A stretch of 63,947 bases of DNA, filler included. It is 5 parts of 5 records of this genome, joined end to end, with 100 filler letters (N's around TTAATTAATTAA, not from the genome) between each part and the next. Parts side by side here need not be neighbours in the genome. Positions count along the whole stretch, not along the records: positions 18,140 to 30,646 come from SRR31156797_10501; 4 more parts are not named here. The stretch is one strand, 5' to 3'. The translations under genes were made by a program, and so were the position numbers. This document shows positions 21,037-30,746 of the stretch, piece after piece. Positions within the stretch are counted from its first letter, which is position 1; the number at the start of each line of letters is the position of its first letter. Below the pieces are notes generated by a model. That model had not been told where the DNA came from, made no database searches, and saw only the letters and a list, made by a program, of their open reading frames with translations.

Positions 21037-23251
21037 ACTAAAATTGAAACAAAAATCTAGCAAAAAGAACAGATCTGAACCTCCATCTATATCATTAGAT
21101 GAAATTGTTGCTCCTGAAGAGTCAGAATTTGTTCATTTGGCTGGGGATGAAGAAGAAACTGATGATATCGAATCTTTTTCCAGTGTGGACACTGGCGTAA
21201 AAATAGATAAAGACGTTTCTCCTCTTTTACCGGGCGAGATCAGCGGGGATAGCGATCTGGATATTTCAGTTCCTGTCTGGGAAGACTCTGGAGAAGGTAC
21301 AGAGGGAAATACAATTGCTGATGACTTTCCTTTAGATAAAGATGATATAGATCTAATTGAAAATGAAGAAAAGCCATCTAAAAAGAAAAAATTCAGCATC
21401 GGTCTCAAAAAGGAAAAGGATTCTGCAAGCAAAAAGAAATCTAAGAAATCTGGAGAAAAAACAGAAAATCAGGATATGATTGCAGAAGAAAACGAAATAC
21501 CTGATGACAAGTCTTCAAAAAAGAAATCCAAAAAGAAGTCAAAGGGTAAATCAAAAAAGAAATCAAAATTTGGTCTAAAACTGGGGAAAAAGAAGACTAA
21601 TCAGGATGAAACAATTGATGATGCCAATATCCTATCCGAATATGAGCAGGAAGAGGTGTTAGAAAAGGAATCAGGTTTATCACCTCTCCTGAAGAAGATA
21701 GAAAAGATGATAACTCCGGTACCGGAGGATATTGAAGAACTGGAATTTACCGTAGGCGAAATAGCTGTTCCTGCTCCGGGAGTACCTCAGAAGGAAGTGA
21801 ATATCTCCTATGAAGTTACACCGGGTACACAATATGTGCATATCAATTTTGATGGTGAGGCACTGCAGTACCAGTGCATTGAACCTCCTTTAAGTGAAAC
21901 TGAAGAGGAATCTCTTAAGATCATACAGAATGCCTTCGACAAAATGGCTCATTCTGAAATCCTGCTTGTTGAGGAAGAGGACCGTGATGAGGCTTTAAGG
22001 GACAGGTTCAATCTTATTCTGGATATCTACCGGCTAAAACTCAGTGACAGGCAAAAAGACAAATTCTTCTATTACCTGCACAAAAAATACATGGGATTTG
22101 ACAGGATGGATCTTCTGATGAAAGACCCTTACATAGAAGATATTACCTGCAACGGACCCTATACCCCACTCTATGTCAATCACAGGGTTTACGGATCAGT
22201 TGCCACAGATGTTGTCTATGAGGAAATCGAGCTCAACAACTTTGTTATGAGAATGGCACAGGCAGCAGGAAGGCATATCTCAGTCCTTGAGCCCATCAGG
22301 GATGCAACCCTTGTTGATGGCAGTCGTGCAAACCTCACCCTTGGTAAAGAAGTCACAAAAAGGGGTTCTACTTTTACCATCAGGCGTTTCAGGTCCAATC
22401 CTGTTTCCTGTATAGACTTGATGAACTACAAGACGTATGATTCAAGGGTACTCGCCTATTTCTGGCTCATGGTGGAGTATAAACGTTCAGTACTGGCAGC
22501 TGGTGGTACCGCATCCGGTAAAACTACAACGCTGAACGCCCTTGGTGCGTTTATCCCTCCTGAATTCAAAATAGTATCTATCGAAGATACTGCAGAAATG
22601 AATCTAATGCATCCTAACTGGACCCAGTCCATAACAAGAGCCGGTTTTGGAGGCAGTGAGGGTGGCAAGTCTGCAGGAGATATCGAACTTTACGATCTTC
22701 TCAAAGCTGCATTGAGGCAGAGGCCTGAATACATAGTTGTTGGTGAGGTCCGTGGTGCTGAAGCAGGAACTCTTTTCCAGGCAATCTCAGTCGGTCACCC
22801 CTGTATGGGGACTATACACGCAGGTTCAATACACGAACTGCTCTCTAGGGTTGAATCAGAGCCCATGAATGTGCCTCGTAATCTTTTTGCCAGTGTGGAC
22901 ATGGTAATATTTAACTCCATGATAAAAGTCGGAGAACATTTCCTCAGACGAGCTTTAAGGATCGTGGAAATAGCTGAGCTTGATCCGGAACGCGGTGATC
23001 TTATCACAAATCCGGTGTTCAAATGGAACCCTGTAACCGACGAGTACGAATTTGGCGGCAGTAGTGCTCTTTTTGATGACATAAACGAGGAATTTGGTAT
23101 TGAACAGGCTGAGCTTGTACAGGAGATGGATCTAAGGGCACAGTATCTTGAAAGTCTTGCCAGGGATGGTATCACCGAATATGAATCCGTTGCAAAAGCC
23201 ATCAGGAAATACTCCAGACATAAAGATGAACTGATGGAGATGAATCATTAG
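21029..23251 (+). CDS. Archaeal type IV pilus / type II secretion ATPase (FlaI/PilB/VirB11 family) with a long charged N-terminal extension
   Basis: DPYIEDITCNG, Walker A GGTASGKTT, SIEDTAE, ALRQRPEYIVVGEVRG, GHPCMGTIHA. Confidence 0.93.
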   Translation: MVKLKLKQKSSKKNRSEPPSISLDEIVAPEESEFVHLAGDEEETDDIESFSSVDTGVKIDKDVSPLLPGEISGDSDLDISVPVWEDSGEGTEGNTIADDFPLDKDDIDLIENEEKPSKKKKFSIGLKKEKDSASKKKSKKSGEKTENQDMIAEENEIPDDKSSKKKSKKKSKGKSKKKSKFGLKLGKKKTNQDETIDDANILSEYEQEEVLEKESGLSPLLKKIEKMITPVPEDIEELEFTVGEIAVPAPGVPQKEVNISYEVTPGTQYVHINFDGEALQYQCIEPPLSETEEESLKIIQNAFDKMAHSEILLVEEEDRDEALRDRFNLILDIYRLKLSDRQKDKFFYYLHKKYMGFDRMDLLMKDPYIEDITCNGPYTPLYVNHRVYGSVATDVVYEEIELNNFVMRMAQAAGRHISVLEPIRDATLVDGSRANLTLGKEVTKRGSTFTIRRFRSNPVSCIDLMNYKTYDSRVLAYFWLMVEYKRSVLAAGGTASGKTTTLNALGAFIPPEFKIVSIEDTAEMNLMHPNWTQSITRAGFGGSEGGKSAGDIELYDLLKAALRQRPEYIVVGEVRGAEAGTLFQAISVGHPCMGTIHAGSIHELLSRVESEPMNVPRNLFASVDMVIFNSMIKVGEHFLRRALRIVEIAELDPERGDLITNPVFKWNPVTDEYEFGGSSALFDDINEEFGIEQAELVQEMDLRAQYLESLARDGITEYESVAKAIRKYSRHKDELMEMNH

Positions 23252-24169
23252 ATGGTTAAGACCAGGGATGTTGATGTCCATCAGGCTTTCAACGACGGGC
23301 CAACTAACACGTACATAGAAAAATACAAAATGTTTTGTTATGTATTTGGAAAAAAAATAGATAAAACGCCACAGGAAGATGTTGCTAAATCCCTTTATCA
23401 GGCAGATATGGTCCTGACTCCGGGGATGTTCATCTCGCTTGCGCTTGTAACGGCTGCCCTGGCTTCAATTGTGGTCTTCATAATGTCAGTGGTACTTTTC
23501 CGAGCTTCCTCATCTCCTCTCGTTTACATTTCAGTTCTGACATTCCTGACATTTGGTCTTACGGTAAGCAGCTTTCCTTTTATGCTCTACAACAAAGTAT
23601 CCAACAAAAACATGAATATAGAGCATGATCTCCCTTTTACGTTAGGTTACATGACAATTCTTGCAAGCTCAGGTTCATCCCCAATGGATGTCATCAGGAA
23701 AGTCGCTATAGAGGATTACGGGGATGTTTCAACTGAATTTGGTAAGGTCATGTACCGTGTGGATGTTCTGGGAGAAGATGGTGTATCTGCAATGAACCAT
23801 TTGATTCGTAACACTTCATCCGAATCACTCAGGACCATATGTATTGATCTTGCAAATGCCATGCAGTCAGGGGGAGGATTGCGTACATACCTTGACATGA
23901 AATCAAGGGAGCTAATGGACATGAGAAGAAAAATGCAGCAGGAATTTGTAGATTCGCTTGCTGTTTACGGTGAAGGTTATCTCAGCGGCGTTGTCATGAG
24001 TGTAGTACTTGTGGTATTGATGATCGTGGTAACCAGTGCCCTTGGAATCGATCTTGGTCCTTTCACTGCAAAACAGATGTTTCAGTTTTTCGTGTATTTT
24101 ATGTTACCTTTCATAAACATAGTTTTCCTGATCTTACTCTGGATGAAATATTCAAGGAGTAGTCTATGA
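23252..24169 (+). CDS. Type II secretion system F / TadC-like platform protein
   Basis: Multi-TM; LPFTLGYMTILASSG, YGDVSTEF, SGGGLRTYL; abuts the ATPase stop. Confidence 0.88.
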   Translation: MVKTRDVDVHQAFNDGPTNTYIEKYKMFCYVFGKKIDKTPQEDVAKSLYQADMVLTPGMFISLALVTAALASIVVFIMSVVLFRASSSPLVYISVLTFLTFGLTVSSFPFMLYNKVSNKNMNIEHDLPFTLGYMTILASSGSSPMDVIRKVAIEDYGDVSTEFGKVMYRVDVLGEDGVSAMNHLIRNTSSESLRTICIDLANAMQSGGGLRTYLDMKSRELMDMRRKMQQEFVDSLAVYGEGYLSGVVMSVVLVVLMIVVTSALGIDLGPFTAKQMFQFFVYFMLPFINIVFLILLWMKYSRSSL

Positions 24170-25518
24170 ATATTGAAAAATATCGTCTTATATTAGAACG
24201 CTATTTCAGAATACTGACTCTTCGGTATGATATAAAACGTGAATTCATTACACTTGGTATCCCGATAGTTATTGCTTTAACAATATTGCTACTTGCAGTT
24301 CTGACAGGGCATTCTTTTGTAACTGATGAAGCAAATGCAGGAGGGCCTGTTAGCGATGAAGCTGCTACAAAAAAAGCTGCTTATGAAGCAATTGTTGCTG
24401 AGATGGAGGCAGCTGAGGCTGCTGAACGTGGTGAAGTTGTAGAGGAAGAACAAATTGAACCTGAACCTGAAGAAGAGGAATCTAAAGATGACCTGGACCA
24501 TATAATGGTCTTTGCTGTACTTGTAGCAATTATTCCGTATTCAATCGATTCGTTTAATCAGAAAAGGATGCTTCAGAAAAGGGAGGTTGCATTTAGTGAA
24601 TTTCTTTATAAATTATCGGAATTGATGAGGGGTGGTATAGATCCTGTAAAAGGTTTTATCAACCTTTCCAAAACAAATCTCGGTGCCATCGGTACTCATG
24701 CTCAGGATGCTGCTTCTGCCATGGTGCTGGGCAAATCTTTTGAAGAATCTATGCACAGGATGTCAGATTCAATGAAAAGCCGTCTTGTTGCACGATATAT
24801 TGATATCGTTGTCCAGGCTGCATATACCGGAGGTAATGTTGCCGATCTTTTGTTCCGTACTTCAGAAGACATGAGATCTGTAATCGCAATTCAAAAGGAA
24901 AAAGAGGCAAACCTGAAACAGTACGTTGTTATTTTCTATCTGGCCCAGGGTATCATTGTGATGCTTACATATATTCTTTCAACATCCCTTCTTCCTCTCA
25001 TACAGGGAGTAGGTATGGAGATGCTAGGAGGAGCCGGACTTTCTGATATTGATTTTGAACGCGGCTTTTTCCATATGATAATTATCAACGCCCTTTTTGG
25101 GGGCCTGATTATCGGACAGATAACAGAAGGTGAAATTAAACACGGGTTTAAACATTCGGCAATCCTGATTACCTTAAGCTACATTGCATGTGTAACTTTA
25201 CTTTTACCTGCCGGAGTTGGTGCTTCTTATGGCATAGCTGTTGTTTCAGGCGACGGACAGGAAGTTATGGGCGGTCTTCCATTGCAGGAACCTATTATAT
25301 TTAATGTCACAGATTCAGGTGGGAATCCTGCTCCCGGTATATTTGTCGAGATGTCCATGTCACCGGAGGGTATCATAACCAGTGCAATGACCGATGAAGG
25401 TGGAACAGTTTCCGTATCTCCAGTTCCCGGTTCTCAGGGAGGAACATATATTGTCACTGCAAAAGCAGGCGAATCTACAGGTTCTGCAACAATTGTGGTA
25501 AATGATGGAGGAGATTAA
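24166..25518 (+). CDS. Type II secretion system F / TadB-like platform protein with a C-terminal Ig-like domain
   Basis: FLYKLSELMRGG, TGGNVADLL, GQITEGEIKHGFKH; C-terminal VVSGDGQ...VTDSGGNP...YIVTAKAG beta-sandwich. Confidence 0.85.
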   Translation: MNIEKYRLILERYFRILTLRYDIKREFITLGIPIVIALTILLLAVLTGHSFVTDEANAGGPVSDEAATKKAAYEAIVAEMEAAEAAERGEVVEEEQIEPEPEEEESKDDLDHIMVFAVLVAIIPYSIDSFNQKRMLQKREVAFSEFLYKLSELMRGGIDPVKGFINLSKTNLGAIGTHAQDAASAMVLGKSFEESMHRMSDSMKSRLVARYIDIVVQAAYTGGNVADLLFRTSEDMRSVIAIQKEKEANLKQYVVIFYLAQGIIVMLTYILSTSLLPLIQGVGMEMLGGAGLSDIDFERGFFHMIIINALFGGLIIGQITEGEIKHGFKHSAILITLSYIACVTLLLPAGVGASYGIAVVSGDGQEVMGGLPLQEPIIFNVTDSGGNPAPGIFVEMSMSPEGIITSAMTDEGGTVSVSPVPGSQGGTYIVTAKAGESTGSATIVVNDGGD

Positions 25519-25782
25519 TCTCCTCTTCTTATTTATCGATGGGCTTATTTCAAGACTTTCTTCATACATTTTTAAACATAGCAAAGGGCATATAATCTCT
25601 AACACTCTTAAAAAAATAGGTCTTTTATATTTGCTTGCTATTCTTCTAAATAGGCTGGGGATAGCATATATAGTTCATAGAGAGAGGCATAGACAAAATA
25701 AAGTACTGATTTATTTTTTTTGATTAAAATTTACATAGCTAAATTTTTATCCCAATTTTCTGTTATTTACTCGGGATTCTTG

Positions 25783-26961
25783 ATGCAGGCTGGTTCAGAT
25801 AAAGAAAGTGAATTGAAAAAACATATTAAAAGACTTCAGAGCGGTATACTATCAAGTTCAGGTAAAAGATGTGATGCTGCAAAGTCTCTTGAAAGATTAG
25901 GAGACGACAAAGCAGTTCCACATCTTATCAAAGCACTGGAAAAAGAAAAAGACGAAAATGTGATCAAATGCATAAGTAATTCACTGGTAAGCTTTGCTGA
26001 TCCATGTACTGTCCCTGTTTTATTCGCAAAATTGTTCCAGGTACCGGGAGAAACTAAAAAAGCAGTTTTATCTTCAATAGATGCCTGTATCAGTGATGAA
26101 AACATAGATTTCTTTATAAAAACAGCACTTAGCGATAAACTCCACAAAAGAAAACTTGCTATAAAGTATCTAGGAAAACTGGAAAGTACTGATGCAATTT
26201 CTGATCTTCTCAGATTGCTAAATGACAAGGAAGAAGATATCAGAACAACTGTTATGTCTTCTCTGGAATCTTTTCCCCCGGAACATGTCATTCTTCATGC
26301 AGAAAATGAAATGAAAAATGCTGACAGGTACTATGCCATCCATATAGCAGAACTTCTGGATAGTCTCAATAGCCCACTTGCAGTACCGATATTACTGGAT
26401 ATGCTGGAAAGCAATGATCCTATTCTGCGAAGCAGTGCTGCCAAAGCCATCGATAAATGTGCTGACGAAAGTTCGGTTGGATTATTGATGGATTCAATTG
26501 AACATGATAGTCCAAATGTGAAATGTTTTGCAGTAAAAAAGCTTCTTTCACTGGGAGGCAAAGTACCTATTGAAACTTTGATGGCTCTTCTTGAAGACAA
26601 AAACGATTCTGTACGTAGTTGTGCTGTGGAAGGCCTTGCAGCTATAGAGGACCCTGCGATACTGGATATATTAAAAAAAGTAATGCAGGAAGATAATGAT
26701 GGCTGGGTACGCAAGCTGGCTGCCAATTCTGTGATGGAAAAAGAGAATAGGATAATTAAAGAGTCTTTAAAATCTGAAAATGACAAAGGGAAAAATGAGG
26801 TTCCAGGCAACTCAGATCCTGGAAGTTTGTCCGATGCTACGAAACAAAATAAGAATTCTTTTTCTTATTGTCTTTACTGCGGTAAGAGTCTGGATTTTGA
26901 ATCTGCACCAGTTTTCTGTCCTTTCTGCGGTCAGCGCCTACCTGATAGCAGTAAAGTGTAA
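25783..26961 (+). CDS. HEAT (PBS-lyase-type) repeat protein with C-terminal zinc ribbon
   Basis: Repeats of LxxLxDxxxxVRxxAxxxL; C-terminal CLYC...CPFCG; ATG at 25783 preferred to TTG at 25720. Confidence 0.85.
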   Translation: MQAGSDKESELKKHIKRLQSGILSSSGKRCDAAKSLERLGDDKAVPHLIKALEKEKDENVIKCISNSLVSFADPCTVPVLFAKLFQVPGETKKAVLSSIDACISDENIDFFIKTALSDKLHKRKLAIKYLGKLESTDAISDLLRLLNDKEEDIRTTVMSSLESFPPEHVILHAENEMKNADRYYAIHIAELLDSLNSPLAVPILLDMLESNDPILRSSAAKAIDKCADESSVGLLMDSIEHDSPNVKCFAVKKLLSLGGKVPIETLMALLEDKNDSVRSCAVEGLAAIEDPAILDILKKVMQEDNDGWVRKLAANSVMEKENRIIKESLKSENDKGKNEVPGNSDPGSLSDATKQNKNSFSYCLYCGKSLDFESAPVFCPFCGQRLPDSSKV

Positions 26962-27022
26962 TTTGGTAATTTGAAATGATTCTTGATTTTTCAATCAATA
27001 GTCAGAGGAGGAATAGCAAAAA

Positions 27023-27718
27023 TTAACCTACCCTTTCTCTTGTATCCATGGTAATACCCATGCTTGTTACATTGTAAGCAATCATTTTTTCCAGGGGCAG
27101 GCTTCCTTTCATTTTAGGAATGTTTATGAAACGGTTAATCTTTCCACTGGTATACTCAGTCCTGAATTGTATGACTCCGTCAACCATAGAGCGAATTATT
27201 TTTTCGGCTCTTTCCGGGAGTATTCCCATATCTGCAGATAGTAGAAAAGTAACATTTGCTTCCCTGCTGATGCTTATAAGTGCCAGTATTGTTTCAGATA
27301 TTACTTCGATTTCCTCATGAAGTAAAAGTGCTGAAAACATATCGATTATGCATACATCTGTTTCAATTATTTTATGTAACATTTCTGAATTTGTTCCATA
27401 AAGCCGGTTGGTTAGTTTATGTCTCTTGTAACATATATCCAGCAAAGCTACAGGATCTGCAAAATTCCCAATGATTGAAAGATTATCTATTGTACTGTTA
27501 ATGCCTGATGTGTTTAGTTCTTCAACAATAATTTCTTTAGAGCTTCTGGTGGAAATATAGTACACTTTTTTGTCCATCTTAAGAGCATCAGAAGTTACCT
27601 TATGAAAGAAAACGCTTTTAACGTCACCTATATCTTCTTCTATTAACAGTACCACATTGCTGGGTACGTTTTTCAAACCAAAGCTAGTCAGTACCATTAA
27701 ATCCCTAAAAGTAATCAT
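27023..27718 (-). CDS. RAD55/KaiC/FlaH-like RecA-fold protein with a degenerate P-loop
   Basis: VVLLIEEDIGDVKS (atypical Walker A), VYYIST, CIIDMFS, MVDGVIQF...IPKMKG; terminal DTRERVG typical of this archaeal family. Confidence 0.75.
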   Translation of the reverse strand: MITFRDLMVLTSFGLKNVPSNVVLLIEEDIGDVKSVFFHKVTSDALKMDKKVYYISTRSSKEIIVEELNTSGINSTIDNLSIIGNFADPVALLDICYKRHKLTNRLYGTNSEMLHKIIETDVCIIDMFSALLLHEEIEVISETILALISISREANVTFLLSADMGILPERAEKIIRSMVDGVIQFRTEYTSGKINRFINIPKMKGSLPLEKMIAYNVTSMGITMDTRERVG

Positions 27719-27822
27719 TGCTTATATTATTTTGGAATAAAACATCAAAATATATAGAGTATGTATGCCTATATATATTCCATAAATAAAGTATATAATC
27801 AGTTATACGCTTTTCATCAGAG

Positions 27823-28923
27823 ATGGCTGGAAACGATTTACATACGTTTTTGCATGATATACGTGGAGTTTCTGTAATCTTTGGAACCCTGTTATTGGTT
27901 CTGATTACAATAATTGCTGCTTCAAGTGTTGCTTTTATGATATCCACCATGCAGAAGGATGCCATGGAACGCGAGAGCCATCAGGCTTCAGTAGAAAATG
28001 AAGAACTTAAGATTGTATCCGTAGATCTTAATCCATACACAAATGGGACATTGGAATCAATTGATCTGAAGATACTCAATTTTAACACTGAGGATTCTTA
28101 TATTTCAGCTACTAGCATAAACGATGGCTATTTCCTTCATTTCAAAGCGTACGATGATAACGGTAATTTTGATACATACAGGAATTATCCTGCAATATAT
28201 ACTGCAAATCATAGAGTCAAGATTCCAGCTACAAAAAGTAAAACTATTCATCTGAATGTTTCAGATATCACAGTAAATGGAGCAGAAACCATTAATTCTA
28301 TGTCTCTGTGGGATGACGATAGGCTTAATTTTACTTATCCTCTTGAAAAACATCCCTGGGAAGCTTATGGTGAAGTTCACTATGATTACCATGTGAACAC
28401 TTCTGGAACTGCAACAGAACACAATGCAGCTGGAAATTTTTTCATTGACAATGAAACTCGGAAAATAACATTTAATGGATCAAATTATGGTGGAAGTTTA
28501 ACAAATACATCAGACTATGATGTATTTTATACAGTTGACTTTAGTTCATATAGGGGCTATCCCCTTCCTGCCAATGAACCTCTCAAAGTCGAGATTTTTA
28601 CATCTTATATTAATGTCTTCAAGGAACTTTTCGCTCCACCTATGCCAGTAGCTGAAGTGCAATACAAAACAGAAGATGTATTTGGTACACCTACTAACTA
28701 TCTAATACTCGATGCTACTAATTCCATAGATTCCGATGGCTTTATTACAAGTTATAAGTGGGCAGTAAATGATTCAACCACAGTATGGTATGACTACAAT
28801 TTGTCAGGAATGGTTGTAAGATGTAATTACAGCAATGACCTCACTATCGACCTGGAACTAACCGACGATGACGGCATGACCTCCAGGCTCAGTCAGGTTT
28901 CAGGTAACCTGACAATCAATTAA
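27823..28923 (+). CDS. Archaeal type IV pilin (class III signal peptide) with C-terminal PKD-like domain
   Basis: DIRG|VSVIFGTLLLVLITIIAASSVAF prepilin motif; C-terminal LDATNSIDSDGFITSYKW...LELTDDDG. Confidence 0.88.
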   Translation: MAGNDLHTFLHDIRGVSVIFGTLLLVLITIIAASSVAFMISTMQKDAMERESHQASVENEELKIVSVDLNPYTNGTLESIDLKILNFNTEDSYISATSINDGYFLHFKAYDDNGNFDTYRNYPAIYTANHRVKIPATKSKTIHLNVSDITVNGAETINSMSLWDDDRLNFTYPLEKHPWEAYGEVHYDYHVNTSGTATEHNAAGNFFIDNETRKITFNGSNYGGSLTNTSDYDVFYTVDFSSYRGYPLPANEPLKVEIFTSYINVFKELFAPPMPVAEVQYKTEDVFGTPTNYLILDATNSIDSDGFITSYKWAVNDSTTVWYDYNLSGMVVRCNYSNDLTIDLELTDDDGMTSRLSQVSGNLTIN

Positions 28924-28972
28924 TTATTTATTCGCATAATTTATTCATTAGTTTCATAAAATTAAAGGAAGG

Positions 28973-30034
28973 ATGCACATTTCAGACAAAAGAAAACTTC
29001 AGTTAACAGGTGGCTCTACATACATAGTTTCCCTTCCGATAGACTGGGTAAGGGAAGGCGGTCTTAATGCAGGTGATACTGTACTTCTGACAGTAAAGCC
29101 GGATCGGTCACTTGTTATAACGCCAGATCAGGGCAAGCAGAAGAAGAACGCCCGTTCTACTGTTGAAATGGTTGCATCCGAGGACAGGGAAGAGAATTTC
29201 AGGAACCTTGTTGCTAATTATCTTGTAGGGTATGATATTATCAAAATCATATCTCCGGGAGGTTTTTCAGCTGCAGAGCGTAAATACCTGAAAGAATCTG
29301 CCCGCAAGCGTCTCATAGGTATAGAAATAGTCGAAGAGTCCAGGACTGAGATAATACTTCAGAATCTCCTTAATTTCCAGGATATCTCCCTTGAAAAGTC
29401 CCTGCAGAGCATGTTCCGAATCATTCATTCAATGATGGAGGACTCTATTGTTGCCTTAAGAGAGGCGGATGTTGAGCTTGCAAAAGATATTGTACAGAGG
29501 GACAACGATGTTGACAAATTCTATCTATTAAGTGTCAGGCAGATCAAGGCTGCGCTTGATGATTCAAATCTTGCCCAGAAACTTGGTGTTCGCTCATCCA
29601 AGGACTGTCTTGGCTACCGTCTTATCGTAAAACTCATGGAACGTATAGGTGACCATGTCCATAGCATTGCACATACAGTTATCCTGATGAAAGGCCAGAA
29701 AAATAACAATGACAGCATAATTGAACTGGGCATACTTTCCCAGAGATTGTTCAATGAGTCTTTTAATTCTGTACTGGAGATCAATCCGGAGCTTGCAAAT
29801 CATGTCATAAGGACATCAAAAATGTCTAATGCTCTTGCAAACAAAATTGTTCTTAAATCCGAGTTATCTGAAAGTACAAATTCCCTGTACGGTGAAAGAC
29901 AGAGAAAAATAGTAGAGAGTTTCCAGAGAATCGCTGAATACAGTGCGGATATCTCTGAAATGGTCATTAACATAAAGGCAACTGATATCAAAGAGTCACT
30001 TTCAGGAGAGTCCAAGATACTCAAAGAGGCTTAA
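28973..30034 (+). CDS. phoU: Archaeal phosphate-uptake regulator (AbrB-like N-domain + two PhoU domains)
   Basis: RKLQLTGGSTYIVSLPIDWV; DNDVDKFY; MERIGDH; QRIAEYSADI. Confidence 0.9.
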   Translation: MHISDKRKLQLTGGSTYIVSLPIDWVREGGLNAGDTVLLTVKPDRSLVITPDQGKQKKNARSTVEMVASEDREENFRNLVANYLVGYDIIKIISPGGFSAAERKYLKESARKRLIGIEIVEESRTEIILQNLLNFQDISLEKSLQSMFRIIHSMMEDSIVALREADVELAKDIVQRDNDVDKFYLLSVRQIKAALDDSNLAQKLGVRSSKDCLGYRLIVKLMERIGDHVHSIAHTVILMKGQKNNNDSIIELGILSQRLFNESFNSVLEINPELANHVIRTSKMSNALANKIVLKSELSESTNSLYGERQRKIVESFQRIAEYSADISEMVINIKATDIKESLSGESKILKEA

Positions 30035-30397
30035 TCTGACAAATATTACCATCAGGTTGTTAACTACCAGCACCAGTCCCAGGGTGCTGATTCCTATTTT
30101 TGAGAACTCCCAGAGTTTTTTGGCGTAAGAATGGACTGAACTTCTCACTGATCTGTAATTCCAGTATATTACAAGCAGTATCATGAGCTTGACAATCAGC
30201 AGTGACCATATTCCAAACCCAGACATTACGCCTGCAAGCAGACCGTTTTCCTCAAACCCGTACCCATTGCTAAGTGCGTGGAATGTTGTCAGGAAATCCC
30301 CTACAATGTAGAGCAGAATGATGTACCTTGCGTCGTAAATGAATTCTGAGATCTCTTTTGTGCTGAGCACTCCTTTATTGATGTTTTTAGAGAACAT
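30002..30397 (-). CDS. Small membrane protein (DUF5658-like)
   Basis: GDFLTTFHAL...GFEENG motif with 3-4 TM segments; 3' end overlaps phoU. Confidence 0.65.
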   Translation of the reverse strand: MFSKNINKGVLSTKEISEFIYDARYIILLYIVGDFLTTFHALSNGYGFEENGLLAGVMSGFGIWSLLIVKLMILLVIYWNYRSVRSSVHSYAKKLWEFSKIGISTLGLVLVVNNLMVIFVRLSLFEYLGLS

Positions 30398-30646
30398 ATT
30401 TTCATAGAAGCTTGCTCATATATATTGGTGGAATGTAGTTATTTTGGGAAGTTATGATCATATATTTCTTAATTCAAAATAAATAAAATTAAAATATATA
30501 TTACAGCTTCAAATTATATGTTTCTATATACATGTATATGTTGCAGACAGACAATGAACCTGTGCTCAGGTCAGGCAGTTAAAAAGAGAAATAGTATCCG
30601 CTTAGTAGAAAAGAAAACAAAGAAAAAAGGCTTGAATACCTGAATC

Positions 30647-30746
30647 NNNNNNNNNNNNNNNNNNNNNNNNNNNNNNNNNNNNNNNNNNNNTTAATTAATT
30701 AANNNNNNNNNNNNNNNNNNNNNNNNNNNNNNNNNNNNNNNNNNNN
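30647..30746. other. Artificial contig linker
   Basis: N / TTAATTAATTAA / N. Confidence 0.98.

Noticed and set aside
21029-28923. Archaellum (fla/arl) operon
   Set aside because: Two separate TadC/TadB genes rather than one FlaJ; no archaellins, FlaC/D/E/F/G or che genes; pst/phoU context
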